Part shown: positions 39,591 to 63,014 of the stretch, in pieces | Position numbering within the stretch: the first letter of the stretch is position 1 | Layout: each line of letters starts with the position of its first letter | Assembly (NCBI RefSeq): GCF_009914755.1 | Contig: NC_060947.1 | DNA from: the human T2T-CHM13v2.0 reference genome, Homo sapiens | Length of the DNA: 64,000 bases | Strand: one strand, 5' to 3' | The notes under the pieces: model-generated | Told to the model about the DNA's origin: nothing | Database searches by the model: none | The model's input: the letters and a program-made list of their open reading frames with translations, nothing else | Position numbers and translations under genes: made by a program

Positions 39591-40516
39591 AAAAGCATCA
39601 CATCTTGTGAGAACTCACTCACTAGCATGAGAACAGCATGGGGGAACCATCCCCATCATCTAATTACCTCCCACAGTTCCCTGCCATGTCATGTGAGGAT
39701 TATGGGAACTACAATTCAAGATGAGATTTGGATGGAGACCCAGCCAAACCATATCATTCTACACTTGACCCCTCCCAAGTCTCATGTCCTCACATTCCCA
39801 AACACAATCATGCCTTCCCAATAATCTCCCGAAATCTTAACTCATTCCAACATTAACCCAAAAGTCCAAGTGCAAAGTTTCATCTGAGACAAGGCAAGTC
39901 CCTTCCACCTGTGAGCCTATAAAATCAAAAGCAAGTTAGTTACTTCCTAGATGTATTGGGAGTATAGGCATGGGGTAAATACATGCATTCCAAATGGGAG
40001 AAATTGGCCAATACAAAGGAGCTACAGGCCCCATGCAAGTTTGAAATCCAATGAAGCAGTAATTAAATCTCAAAACCCAGAAATAATCTCCCTTCACTCC
40101 ATGCCTCACATCCAGGTCACAATGATGCAAGAGGTGGGCTCCTACAGCCTTGGGCAACTCCATTCCTATGGTTTTGCAGGATACAGCCCCACTCCTGGCT
40201 GCTTTCATGGGCTGGCATTGAGTGTCTGTGGCTTTTCCAGGCATACAGTGCAAGCTGTGGGTGGATCTACTATTCTGGGGTCAAGAGGATGGTGGCCCTC
40301 TTCTCACAGCTCCACTAGGCAGTGCCCGGTGGGCACTCTGTGTGGGGATTCCAACCCTGCATTTCCCTTCTGCACTGCCCTAGCAGAGGTTCTTCATGAG
40401 GGCTCCACCCCTGCAGCAAACATCTGTCTGAATATCCAGGCATTTCCATACATCCTCTGAAATCTAGGCAGAGGTTCCCAAACCTCAATTATTTATTTTT
40501 TTGTTTGTTTAATTTT

Positions 40517-46600
<6,084 letters not shown>

Positions 46601-46602
46601 CT

Positions 46603-46912
46603 GTTTTCTTTGTTTATTTTTATTTTTGGGATGAGCTTTCATTCTTGTTGCCCAGGCTGGAGTGCAGTGGTGTGGTCTTGGGCTCACTGCAACCTCTCCC
46701 TCCCAGGCTCAAGCAGTTCTCCTGCCTCAGCCTCATGAGTAGTTGGGATTACAGGCACCCAGCGCCACACCCAGCTAATTTTTTGTATTTTTAGTAGAGA
46801 CTGGGTTTCATCATGTTGGTCAGGCTGGTCTCAAACTCCTGACCTCAGGTGATCCACCCATCTCAGCCTCCCACAGTGCAGGGATTACAGATGTGAGCCA
46901 TCATGCCCAGCC
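46603..46912 (-). mobile_element. AluS SINE
   Basis: Reverse Alu dimer with CTCCTGACCTCAGGTGATCC. Confidence 0.95.
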
Positions 46913-49894
46913 TCAATTCTTGACTTCTGTGCACCCACAGGCCCAACACTATATGTAAGCTGCCAAGGCTTGGGGCTTCCATCCTCTGAAGCAACAGCCT
47001 GAGCTATACATTGGCCCCTTTTAGCCATGGCTGGAATGCAGGACACAAAGCAGCAATACCCTGGGCCCCACCCATGAAACCATTTTTTCCTCCTAGGTCT
47101 CCAGGCCTGTGATGGGAGGTGCTGCCATGAAGACCTCTGACATGCTCTGGAGACATTTTCCCCATTGTCTTGGTGATTAACATTTGGCTTTTCATTACTT
47201 ATGCAAATTTCTGCAGCTACCTTGAATTTCTCCTCAGAAAATGGGTTTTTCTTTTCTATCACATTGTCAGGCTACAAATTTTCTGAACTTTTATGCTCTG
47301 TGTCCCTTTTAAACATAAGTTCCAGTTCCAAACTATATATTTGTGAATGCATAAAGCTGAATGCTTTTAAAAGCACCCTAGTCACCTCTTGAATGCTTTG
47401 CTGCTTAGACATTTCTTCCACCAGATACCCTATATCATCTGTCTCAAGTTCAAAGTTCCACAGATCTCTAGGGCAGGGGCAAAATGCTGCCATTCTGTTT
47501 ACTAAAGTGTAGCAAGAGTCACATTTATTTCTGTTCCCAACAAGTTCCTCATCTCCATCTGAGCTACCTCAGCCTGGACTTCATTGTCCATATCACTCTC
47601 AGCATTTTGGGTCAAAACTATTAAACAGATCTCTAGGAAGTTCCAAACTTTCTCACATCTGTCTTCTTCTAAGTCCTCCAAACTGTTCCAAACTCTGCCT
47701 GTTACCCAGTTCCAAAGTCACTTCCACATTTCTGGGTGTCTTTATAGCAGCACCCCACTCTCTGCAGTACCAATTTACTGTATCAGTCCATTCTCATGCT
47801 GCTATAAAGAACTGCCTGAAACTGGGCAATTTATAAAGGAAAGAGGTTTAATTGACTCACAGTTCTGCATGGCTGGTGAGGCCTCAGGAAATTTACAATC
47901 ACGGCAGAAGGGGAAGCAAGCATGCCCTTCATGTGGCAGCAGGAGAGAGAACTGAAACAAGGAAAAGCTTCTTATAAAACCATCAAGTCTCCTGAAAACT
48001 CACTATCACAAGAACAGCATGGGGGAACCACCCCCATAATCACCTCCCAAGAGGTCCCTCCCCCAACACATGGGGATTACAATTCAGATTACAATTCAAG
48101 ATGGGATTTGGGTGGGGACACAGAGCCAGATCATATCACTGCAGCATTTGGTCTCTATCAGTTTGTGCACACCCACCCTATCTTCTACCTTTCCCTTATA
48201 TTTCTTGCCTGTGAAGCTTCTATTCTTCTCTCCCAACAACAACTCACACACACACACACACACAATTAGTCCTGACATCCCCAAATAATAGGTTCTTATT
48301 GACCCCACAAGCTCTAAAACTGGGTCTTCAAGGAAGAATTTTTACTCAAATCCTTCTTTTTTGGGAGGTGCAATGGGGAGACAATCTGTGCCTGGTCCAG
48401 CTAAGACGCTAGTCATTCATTTGGCCAGGATTGGGTTTGATAGTGCAGGGCTAAAGTGAAAGAGGAATGTTCCTATCATAGCAAATCTAGGGGCCCAAGA
48501 GCTGGAGGGGCAGATAAGCCAACATCCACTGGGAAGAGCTGAAGCTTTAATGCCAGGGGGATCAGGCCCAATGCTTAGCAGAAATCAAGACAGTAGTTCC
48601 AGCAAAAGTTCAGAACTGAGTGATGGTGGAATTAGAAGAAGAACAAGGTCCAAGATGAGTAAGTAGAATTATAGAGTGATTTCTAGGTACGCTAGCAGGA
48701 GTTTGTGGGTTGCCTTTATTGACAAGTGGGAAGACAGTGAATGGATGAGTTAGGCTGTCTTAAAGGGCTGTGCAGAAGGAAGACAAGAGACCAAAGAGGT
48801 GCCAGGAGAAATGTTGTAGGTACTCCCCTTCTGCCAGGCACACACAAGGAAGCCCTTACCCTTATTTGCAAGGGAGTTTGGTTGTAGGGGAGAGTGAGAA
48901 GAGTTTGATTACCTTGGCTCTGACTTTTAAACAAACCTAACTCACTCACATTCCAATCACCAGCCAGACTATAAAATCAAGGCTCAATCACCAAAGACCA
49001 TTTGCACCAATCACTAGTCACTACCCCTCCATCTCTGATCATGTTTCAACCAACATTTTTTCTTAATCTCATCTCAATCTAATTTTAAACCCTTGCTCTC
49101 TTTACCTGATCAATCCTAACTTTGATCCTTTGGACTTGGTGTTTGTAGTTATCAACCACTTGGTGGGCATCTCAGTCAGATTATCTCCAAATTCCCTTGT
49201 GCATATTTGGTTGGGGGTGATTTCAACAAGTGGGAGTTCTAATCCTACTCAGGAAGTTCAGGCAAGTGCCTAAGGGATAATACCAGCCATCAGGTTTAAG
49301 GACAAGATGTAATGTTCTAAATAGAAGATAAGACAAGGAGTTTGGAGCCAAGGACAAGTTTGGAAGTGAAACATAAGACAGGTCATGGAAAAGCCCTTCA
49401 CAATGTGGGCAGTGAAAAATGCAGGCATGCAAGATGTCCTTATTTATTGAGTGTTAATTTATTGAGTGCACCCTTCCTACTCACATTGCAAACTGCTTCC
49501 AGAAATCTGGAGTCACAATTTGGACCACGGCTGTATACAGCTTTTAACCATTGCTCCTTTGCAAAATGTGACTCCAGCACATAGTGTAAAAAGCCTTCCA
49601 TGACCTGTCCTTTGTCACCTTTTTCTTTACATTTCATAAATTTCACTCTATTCTCCAGTAACACTGAACTTTTTGATGTCCATCCACCACCCCAATTTTG
49701 TTTCTTCTTTATGTAACTTTACAAAGGTTCCTTTGCCTGCCTGGAATGATCTGGCCACCTGTTTGCCTGACATGTTCTTATTCTTCAATTCTTGGCAGGA
49801 GCATCTTCTCTGTAAGACCCTTTATGCCTACTTCCTATGCAGAGTGGATTATGCTTTCCTTTGTGTCACCATTCTTTAATGACACAGGTAAGCA

Positions 49895-50315
49895 TGACAT
49901 TTAGAAGATAGAAGATAGAATCTGTAGGCCTTGATGATTAAGTAGATGGTAGGGGTGTTGGACAGGTAGGAGTCAAGGATGGTCCTAAGTTTTTGCTTAG
50001 GCAGTTGAGTGGATGGCAGGCCATTCACTAACCTAGCAAACACTGAAGCAAGAGCAGATTATAGGCATGATGAGTTCAGTTTTGAATATGTTGAGTTGAA
50101 GCTCTTTAGGAGACATCCAAGCGGTGTAGCTATCAAGTAGGCAGTTGAATATACTTGTGTAGAATATAGGAGAGAGACCTCACCTAGAAAATATGCAATA
50201 TGCATTTTGGAGTCTTTAGTATATAGATCTCATGAAAGTGGATGAAATTCCTCAGGAAGACTGTGTAGAGTGAGAAGAATAGAGACCCATGAATTGCCAA
50301 CACTTAAGGGGCCAA
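49895..50315 (-). mobile_element. L2 LINE fragment
   Basis: GGAGTCAAGGATG..TGAGTTCAGTTTTGAATATGTTGAGTT..GACATCCAAG. Confidence 0.85.
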
Positions 50316-50330
50316 AGAAGAAAGGCTTCT

Positions 50331-54677
<4,347 letters not shown>

Positions 54678-54814
54678 AGAAGAAAGGCTTCTTACATGCA
54701 GAATATGTTAGGGGTAAGGGGCAAGCCAAAAGGAGACTATATGACTTAAATTTGGGCTTTACATCTAGAAAGTAAGAAGTAGTCTCTATTGTGTGTATAA
54801 AAAGCCCGAGGAAG

Positions 54815-55085
54815 TGCAGTATATGGTTCCTCTTATATGAGGTACTTAGAGTAGTCGAATTCATAGAGATAGGAAGTAGGATGATGTTGCCAGGGGCTAG
54901 AAGGAGGGGAGAATGGGGAGTTGTTGTTTAATGTGTACAGAGTTTCCATTTTGTAAGATGAAAAAAGTTCTAGAGATTGATGGCACAAGAATGTGAATGT
55001 ACTTAACACTATTGAACTAGACACTTAAAATGGTTAAGATAGTATATTTTACATAATGTGTATTTTATCACAATTTTAAAAAATT
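54815..55085 (+). mobile_element. L1MB 3' UTR fragment
   Basis: CTTATATGAGGTACTTAGAGTAGTC..TGTTGTTTAATGTGTACAGAGTTTC..TTTTATCACAATTT. Confidence 0.85.
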
Positions 55086-55099
55086 CCAAAGAAGAAAGA

Positions 55100-56450
55100 A
55101 TCTCAACCTAGACTAAGAATGAAGGAGATTACGGCTTTCTTCTCCTTTCCTCAATAGTTATTTAAACACCCAAGAACGCTATATAGTCCTTTCTCACCCC
55201 ACAGAATCATATATCCCATCTCCTCTTGCTGTTGGGAACATAATTCTAATAAACTGTGTTTATTAGAATTCATTGTTTAAAAATCCTTCCAGCTATTGAC
55301 TACAGTCTAACAGTGAAATAAAATGGCCTTCCATTTCAACTGATTAATACAGATTTCCTCACCACCTGAGAATGTTTTTTCAAGATATGAACCTTGCTAT
55401 TCTCAGGAGTATTCGTTTCCCTATGGTATTTTCCTGTTTTATAGACAGCAGTCTGTGTTTTCTGCTACAGTAAGCACATGCAGAAGTGGTTGAGTTACAT
55501 AGGCCCTGGAAGTCTGAGGCTTCTGTGGATATTAGCAAAATGCCAATCACTCATCCCTGGGCTCCAAAGACAATAACAAAAGAGAGTGAAATTGACTTTG
55601 TAAGAGCTGGACCAAATTGTCGCCTGAATGGTTCCCAGGGAGAATTTGCCATTAAATGAGGATTATTTTGTTCCCTATGAAGTAAGGAGATGTAGGATAT
55701 ATAAAGAGACTGGGTAGCAAGGTGAGGTGAATAAGGTATGAGCAGGATGTTTTTGAATGTGAATGCAGCACCATTTCTGAGCACAAATAATCTTTGCATC
55801 TCCCACTGCAAGATCACAATTCATTGTTTCTCAGTAACTATTGACTGGGTCCTAGACACCCAGATCAGCACCAGGTGCTGTGAGGAATACTGATATAGAC
55901 ATCTGATCAGTCCTACTCTCAATAGCCTTATTGTCTAATTGGGGAATAATCCAGGGCAGATTTCAAAATATTCACTTTTTCTAAATCTCAAATACATTAG
56001 CTGTTCTTTGAAGTCAAAAAGAGAAGAGACTCATGTGGATTGGGAGAGATGGGCCTGGAGCAGGGCATGCAGAAGATTAAATAGGTTGTCTTCTCCCAAG
56101 AGCACCTGTTGTGGGGGCAAGTGGGAGCTGAAATCCATTCTTCACCCCTATTTTTTCAAGCTGTGTTCTGGCTCACTGCATGAACCCTGAAGAAGGGGTG
56201 TGTTTCTCCTGGTTTGTCTTCCCAGCAGGTCTGCCTTTTTTTTTTTGGATTGCTGCATCAGGGGTGCCTTTTGTAATTCAGCCAATGATGCCATATGTGC
56301 TGGTGGAGACCCTGCCTGGAGATAGATGATCACATTGTTCAGGGCCAGTGCTAGGAAGATCATGTATCTGCTGTCCAGATGAAGATTGGGGTGCATACTT
56401 AGGGTTCCCAAAGGCAGCCTTTCTACCACTAGGACTTCATTTTGACATAG
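55100..56450 (+). mobile_element. Possible Gypsy integrase/chromodomain remnant H
   Basis: Weak but ordered motifs: WEHNS, KMAFHF, YGI, THP, GEFAI (~55639-55653), ILHPYF, PDEDW. Confidence 0.35.
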
Positions 56451-56879
56451 TGAATAGTAGCATGTCAATAAGTTGCTTTTGTTTTCAAGCTAGTCCACAG
56501 AACATCTTTTGTGTATGACAAAAAGACTCCATTCTAGGTGGGCAAACTACAAAGTGGCCTTTTCTAGTAACCTGGCAAGGGTAACAAAGGTTTTGTTGTT
56601 GTTCCAATGTGTTCCCTGTTCCAACTTGGCTGGGTGCATTTGTGGAATGTAAGAAATGCACATCTATCTGTGTTGGCCCTGGCTAGCCTGTAGCCAAAAG
56701 TGCGGATACTGAGACTTTTCCAGCCTTATTTTTAACCATTTAAGATACTCCAGAAAGAAGCTTAAGAATGTTAAGTTTCCTTCTCTACTTCTGAGTACAT
56801 TGTTAGCATCAGATATGAAGGTAGGGCCAGGCTTCTGGAAAGCACATAGAAAAGAGCTCCCTCGGTTTAGATGGTAGGG

Positions 56880-57122
56880 AGGAATGGCATAACAGTAACA
56901 TGGCTAGACTCTACAGTATTACTGGCCAGTGTTCAAATCCCACATCCACTGCCTGCTATCTATCTGTATAAGCTTGGGATCATTACTTTATCATCCACTA
57001 AGCCTCATTTTCCTCCTCTGTACAATGGGGATAAAGTCTCGCAGTGTTGTTCTGAGGATGAAAAATTACAACATATAAAATGACTGACATGTAGTAAGCT
57101 CTTGATAAATGCTAGCTGCTTT
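56880..57122 (+). mobile_element. MIR SINE
   Basis: GTTCAAATCCC..AAGCCTCATTTTCCTCCTCTGTACAATGGGGATAA..ATAAATGCTAGCTG. Confidence 0.8.
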
Positions 57123-58124
57123 TATTTCCCTGCAATTTCTTCAAATATCACATAATAAGGCACCACCACTTTTACAATGGATGGTATACTTTCATCCCAG
57201 GAGAACCCAGGAACTGACAGGCAGAGGCTAGGGAGAACTCTGTGTCACAGCCTCAAACAGGACTTTCTCTCACTTCAGTTAACACATGCCATGTGGCAGG
57301 TGGTGGGGCGAGGAAGATTCAATAGCAGCCCTCCTTCAGCAATGGGAGAGATGCGATTGTCACTTGGCTTGGCAGAAACCTCACTCTTCTCCTTCCAGGC
57401 AAGAGTCTCCTCACTTGATAGGCATTTACTCTAGCAAAGAAATGGTGGCAAGCTGATTTCCAGATGTTCTCCTAGGTTGGGTATGAGTCACATGTCGGAT
57501 CTTATTTCAACAGCACAGTCTGCTAACTCTGGAGAGTTGAGGGTTGTTTTTTTTTTTTTTCCTTTTGCTCTTCAGAAAAGTATTCCTTACTGAAAAATGA
57601 AAGCTCTCTATTTGTGTCAACAGGGCTAGCTTTCAGCAAAACTGAGAGTTAGGTGAGAAGTGTGTCTTTGGCTGCTTTTCATTTTCCCTTTCCATTTCTC
57701 TTCCCTCTGCATTCCCAGATCCCATGGTTTATTCCCACAAGGCCTTAATCTTTTTTCACTTTTTAATTTTTTAATGTAAGATACAAGTTTATAAATTTTA
57801 AGGTGTTGCCCTTTAAGATCTATTTTCCCAAATAAACTTGGCAGCTATTGGGAGATAGGATCTATGTGTGTCCAAGAATTCCCCTGGGGCTTGGGAGGTC
57901 TCTCAGATGATTCTAGATATTGCCCATTCTGCCAAACCCATTTGAGGTTTGGACTCCCACAGCAAATGCCATCAAAGGCCTTCCAGCTTGCTGCCTGACT
58001 CCAGTCCCTGACCCTACTCTGTGTTGTATTTTTTTAATTCAAATGCAGTGGGTCAAAAGAAACCAGAAAAGTCAAAGAAATCACCAACTGTAAGACCTGA
58101 GTGGGAGCTGTTTGTTAATTAGGA

Positions 58125-58330
58125 TTTAATGAGCAATTACTATGAATCAGGAAATGTCCTTGGCACTTTCCCACTCCTAACCTCATTTAACACTTCCAGT
58201 ACCCCTAGGAGGCGAGTATTTCCATCCTGATTTTATAGGTGAGGAAACTGTGGCTCAGTGCAGTCTTGTCACTTACACAGCTACTAAGCAGCACAGCTTA
58301 TGTCTGAAGCCCTAATCTATACTCTGGGCC
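58125..58330 (-). mobile_element. MIR SINE
   Basis: CTCATTTAA..ATTTTATAGGTGAGGAAACTGTGGCTCAG. Confidence 0.8.
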
Positions 58331-58574
58331 AATGGACATGAGCCAGAGCCGGGAGTAATTACTTCCCTGTATCTTTATAAAATGCCTATTAATCATCCTA
58401 TTCATGAACACTTCATGGATAGCTACTCTATGCCAGGCACTGTGCTATGGACTGGATGTACTACTTGAATAACTAGAGTTGGCCTAGAGTGACCAACTCA
58501 CCCAGTTTGCTTGAAATGTGGCATTTTGAGTGCTAAAACCAGGGTTGCACCTTCAAGTTACTTACAGTAACATT

Positions 58575-58733
58575 CCTTCCCATCTCTGCTTCAGTGATGC
58601 TATGCTGATAAACTGAAATTTGCCATGGTGGGAGTGTTTATTTTGCATAAATCACTAAACACTACAAATCAGGGCTTTTTTTTTTTCACTTTCCCAGGAA
58701 AGCTGATTATAAGCATTTATCAGCACACCACCA
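58575..58733 (+). mobile_element. MER63-family fragment
   Basis: GCCATGGTGGGAGTGTTTA..CTACAAATCAGGGCTTTT..CATTTATCAGCACACCAC. Confidence 0.8.
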
Positions 58734-58791
58734 TTTACAGTCTAGTAAGAAATTCATCCAAGTAGATAAGCAGTATTTATATTTAAAATAG

Positions 58792-59204
58792 TGATACAGT
58801 CTGGATGTTTGTCCCCTCCAAATCGCATGTTGAAATGTGATCTCCAGTGCTGGAGGTGGGGCCTAATAGAAGATGTTTGGGTTATGGGGATGGATCCCTT
58901 ATGAATGGCTTAGTGCCATCCTCACAGTAATGAGTTCTCAGTCTAATAGTTCATGTGAGAGGTGGTTGTTTAAAAGAACCTAGCACCTCCCTCCCTCTCT
59001 CGTTAGTTCTCTCACCATGTAATAGGCTGGCTCCTCCTTTGTCCTCTGCCATGATTGGAAGGTTCCTAAGGCCCTTACCAGTAGCAGATTCCAGCACCAT
59101 ACCTCCTGTACAGCCTTCAGAACTGTGAACCAAAGTAAACATCTTTTCTTTATAAATTACCCAGTCTCAGGTATTTCTTCATAGCAATGCAAAATGGACA
59201 AACA
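58792..59204 (+). mobile_element. MSTB-like MaLR solo LTR
   Basis: TGATACAGTCTGGATGTTTGTCCCCTCCAAATC..TTTATAAATTACCCAGTCTCAGGTATTTCTTCATAGCAATGCAAAATGGAC. Confidence 0.92.
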
Positions 59205-59221
59205 GAGTATCTCATGCACTA

Positions 59222-59458
59222 TAATGACAAAAGCTAATGTGTTGAGAACTAATGATGTACTAGGCACTATTTTGTGTGCTTTAGATAGATTTAGTCTTTA
59301 CAACAACCCTAAGAAGTAAGAACTATTGTTATCTCCATTTTGCAGCTGAAGAAACTGAAGCTTAGAGAGTTTAAGTAAGTTGCCCAAAGTCATACAACTA
59401 ATAAAGTAGTAAAGCCAGGACTCAAACATCAGTGTGTCTTATTCCAAATCTGTACTCG
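59222..59458 (-). mobile_element. MIR SINE
   Basis: CCATTTTGCAG..GAAACTGAAGCTTAGAGAGTTTAAGTAAGTTGCCCAAAGTCATACA. Confidence 0.88.
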
Positions 59459-60704
59459 AGGTAGCCTATGGTGACAGATTTCAGGATGAACAGCATAGTC
59501 GTGGCTGCTGCAGGTGGGCCGTTGAGACAAAGAGGAAATGGGTCAGTTTTGTGAGGTGGTGTTGTAACACACATAAACACACACAACTTAAAACAGTGTA
59601 GGGGATACACTAAGTGTTATATTGTTTGCTGCCATTATTGTTACTATGGTTGTGTTGTGGCCCTGAGGAAAGCGAGTCAGAGTTGAAGTGCATAACAGTG
59701 ACATAGGGCAGTTGGGCCTTTCCCTACTGGTACTCAAGTGTGGCTGTAGGAGCATGCTGAAGACAGCTGGTTTGAAAGTGAGGCCAGAAGGTCATGCTAG
59801 TTGTGTTTAGGGCTTTCAATCTGCTACTGAGATCTACTGGAGTAGCCTTTGTGGCCTGAAGTTGTATCTTTCTGACTCAAGAATATTAAAATCCATTATG
59901 GAAAAGACTTATAGAGAAGTCCTCTGTCACTGTAAGAGCTCCAAGGCCATTCCCCAAAGCTCTTGACTTGCTATTTAATCCAGGTTATCTCTAATAACAA
60001 GAATGGGCCAAGACAACCTCAAATTTCTTAGGCCAGAGGTTTTACTCTCTCCTAATTTAGTTTCTCAAGGATAATTCTTCTTGGTCCTTGGCATCTTCTG
60101 ATTGGAAAATCACATGCCACACATCCCCCCTCATCCCACTCTTATTACTTGGAAAATCCATGTTCTCTGCCTTACCTCTGCATTCTGCTGCCAGGGTTGT
60201 TTGTACCCTCTAGGGTCTAACTCATCTGTCGTGTGAATACCTGGGCCAAGAGCTGTTCTGGAGCATAGAGGAAGAATGGCTGCAGCCTTCTCATGAATGT
60301 GGTTGGGAGATCATTCCAGTACTCAAGGCTAATTTTTCTGCAAGCATGTACCCATTAGAGTCCAACATCTAGGCTTTCTGAACATTTGTAGAAGCTACTT
60401 TGTAGGAGGAATTCACCATGCCCCCAAACTCCCCCCACAAAAGCCCTGATACTCCTTGTGAGGAAAAAAACAAAAGAAAACAAAACAGGATGCTATATCC
60501 CTGCTGGGATTTCTGTGGCTGCAATATGCTTACTCCTTTGATTGCTGACCTCTCAGAACACAGGGCTGACCTCTGATAGGCCTACAACTTTGACATAGAG
60601 AGCAAGAAATGGAGGCTGACTTTCCACGTGGGTCTCGACCAGTCTGAATGTGCTGTTCACTTTTGGGCCTATGTGATGCCTGATACCTCGTGTGTACAGC
60701 TCGG

Positions 60705-60958
60705 TAGTTGACAGCATGGATTCCAGAGTAGACTGTGGATTCAAATCCTGGCTCCACCACTTCCCAGCTTTGCATCCTTGGGGAGACTACTTAATTTTCT
60801 GTGCTGTCATTTTAGCAACTATAAAATAAAGATAATTGTAATAATGATAAATATGATTATTATGAGGGATAAACATGATAATCCATGTGAACTTCTAGAA
60901 TAATACCTAAGCATATAGTAAGCACTCAATTAATGTTAGCTAGTATTATTACTCTTAT
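60705..60958 (+). mobile_element. MIR SINE
   Basis: GGATTCAAATCCTGGCTCCACCACTT..GTAAGCACTCAATTAATGTTAGCTA. Confidence 0.88.
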
Positions 60959-60967
60959 TATCTTCAG

Positions 60968-61335
60968 CAGGGGTCAACAAACTGTTTCTTCTATGAATGG
61001 CCAGATCGTAAATATTTTAGGCTCTGCAGGCCAAGAGCAAATGCAAGGATATTATGTAGGTGCCTATATAATAATAAGGAAAACAAATTTCTACACATTT
61101 TTATCAATACAGTTCCAAAAATAATAATGACCGAGTAGAATCTATGGGTCTACTAATGATAAAAGTGGATTTTTTTGGAATAACATTTCATTTAATTGGG
61201 TTTCAAACTTAATATTCCTTATCATTAAATTGGTTGCAAAGATTTAATCAGTTAAAACCATTCTTAACTTGTGAGCCAAACAAAAACAGACAATGGCTTG
61301 ATGTGGGTCTATGAGCCATAGTTTGCTGACCCCTG
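60968..61335. mobile_element. MER58 (MER58D-like) hAT-Charlie MITE
   Basis: TIRs CAGGGGTCAACAAACT / AGTTTGCTGACCCCTG; partial TSD ATCTT. Confidence 0.9.
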
Positions 61336-62344
61336 ATCTTATACAACCTTGATGACAAAAGGTTTGTAATCTACTTGGAGGATATCCTAATTTATTCCCA
61401 TCATCTGAGGATATCCTAATTTATTCCCATTATCCCATTATCACAAGAACACCAAGTCCAGGCAGTTCTGAGCCATTTGAAGCAGCACTACCTCTGGGCA
61501 GACATTGAAAAGCCCAGAGGTGGCTTTCTTGAACCAAGGCACAGCCACCCAAGATGTGTCCATGTTGCCTGATAAAGTACTGGCCGTATCAGATTGGGAA
61601 CCCCAGGTCAATCAGAGTGGTCTGTTAATATGTGATGTTTGTGGAGCATCCCTGCTACTTTTCACCCTATATCACCACACTTACTAACCTCCAGGCTGAC
61701 ATTATCAAGAGGAAAAAAAGGATTTATTTTGTTCACATCATAGCTTATCCTTCTAGCAGCTAAAGCCACTTTTAATCCTTGCCTCTTAGGTCTAGATAAC
61801 CCCATAGCACTGAAACGAATGCCATCAAAAATAACTATAGAAGCCTACCTAACTTGAGGACCATGGCTACATCACTGTCATTTTTTGTGCCTGTTTCCCT
61901 GGGAAGGAAATATCCCTGCCTGTGTACTACCAACTTTGTGTAGCTGTAGAGGTCACTGGCCACCAAGGCTAACCTAGAAATGCAGAGATGTTGCTTCAAG
62001 GGACTCCAGTCCCCATGACTTGTAGTCACAGACGACCACAGACTAGAGCAGCTAAGAGATCCAACAGCTCAGCTTTACAAAATGAAGAGGGTCATCTTCT
62101 TTGAGCAGTTCAGCCTCTCCATTGTGGGTGTAGTAGGCCACATTTTGAACTATTTCCATCTGTTATTGATTATATATCAGGCTTCAGGATGGCTGGGAGG
62201 ATACTCTGCCTTTACAAGCTGAGTCAATGCCCTTTCTAATGTCTTCTGCTCATGCTGTGGTCAAAGGCACCCTATAAAACTTATTTGTGTGTATGCTACA
62301 TAGCTCAAGGAATACTCCCAGGGTCCTCCTCTATCCTCTTTTTA

Positions 62345-62580
62345 ACAAAAACAACTAACATTCATAGATAACTTACTAAGTGCTAGACACTATACAAAGC
62401 ATTTTATAGAGATTACCATATTTAATCTTCACAAGCACCCTGTGATCTATGGGATCTTTTTAATCTCTATTTTTATAGATGAGGAAATTGTGGAATAAAA
62501 AGTTTAGCAGTTCATCCAAACTGTCAGCTAAATAAGTGGCTGAGGCAGAATTCAAACCAGGTTTAAATAACTCGCTCAAG
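62345..62580 (-). mobile_element. MIR SINE
   Basis: TTTAATCTTCACAA..TTTATAGATGAGGAAATTG..GAATTCAAACCAGG. Confidence 0.85.
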
Positions 62581-63014
62581 GCAACTCAACTTGTATATAA
62601 TGGAATCAAGTTGTAACCAGGCCCTTTCAAGCTTTTAAGTAATTTTGCCACTTTCTGCTCTGTTGCCTGGATTATAAATTCTCTTGCTCTACCCAGCCCA
62701 TTTGGACTGGCATTTAGATTTAATTGTTTGACTGGCTTTGGTTTCAGTTTCTCCCCAGAATTTTGCCTTTTGGATTGCCCGCCTCTGTTCCACACCCCGC
62801 AGGCTGCAGTCCAGCTCTGCCCTATCTCTTCACCAATGGAAGTTTTAGTGATAGTATACTCCAGTCTAAAACCAATGTCTTAGAGCTCCAACTGTCTGGG
62901 AGGAGAAATTCAACATTATCTCAGAAAAAAAACTTGACTAAGGGAGAGATATGGAGGCAGACCCACCCTGGTAGATTCTGCAGGAGACCTTCTGGGTTAT
63001 ATGGTCCCAAGTAA

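Larger units (their letters stand above)
59470..63010 (+). mobile_element. Ancient near-complete sushi/chromovirus-like Gypsy internal region F (gag, PR, RT, RH, INT, chromodomain-like)
   Basis: W..EA..LGLS..DLL, LCHC..GH (59922), LVLGIF*LENHMPHI (60081-60125), YPL..NSPHKS..LVRKK, LYPCWDFCGCN, DL**AYN..KW (~60568-60612), FVIYLEDILIYS (61363-61398), EVAFL..VSMLPDKVLAVSDW (ORF 61505-61687), ETNA, LATKA..VVTDDHRLEQLR..FFEQF, QDGWEDTLPL, KL*PGPFK, SILQSK. Confidence 0.8.

Noticed and set aside
48290-49300. LTR-like composition suggesting further Gypsy-type LTRs
   Set aside because: No termini, TSD or family motif I could support by eye.
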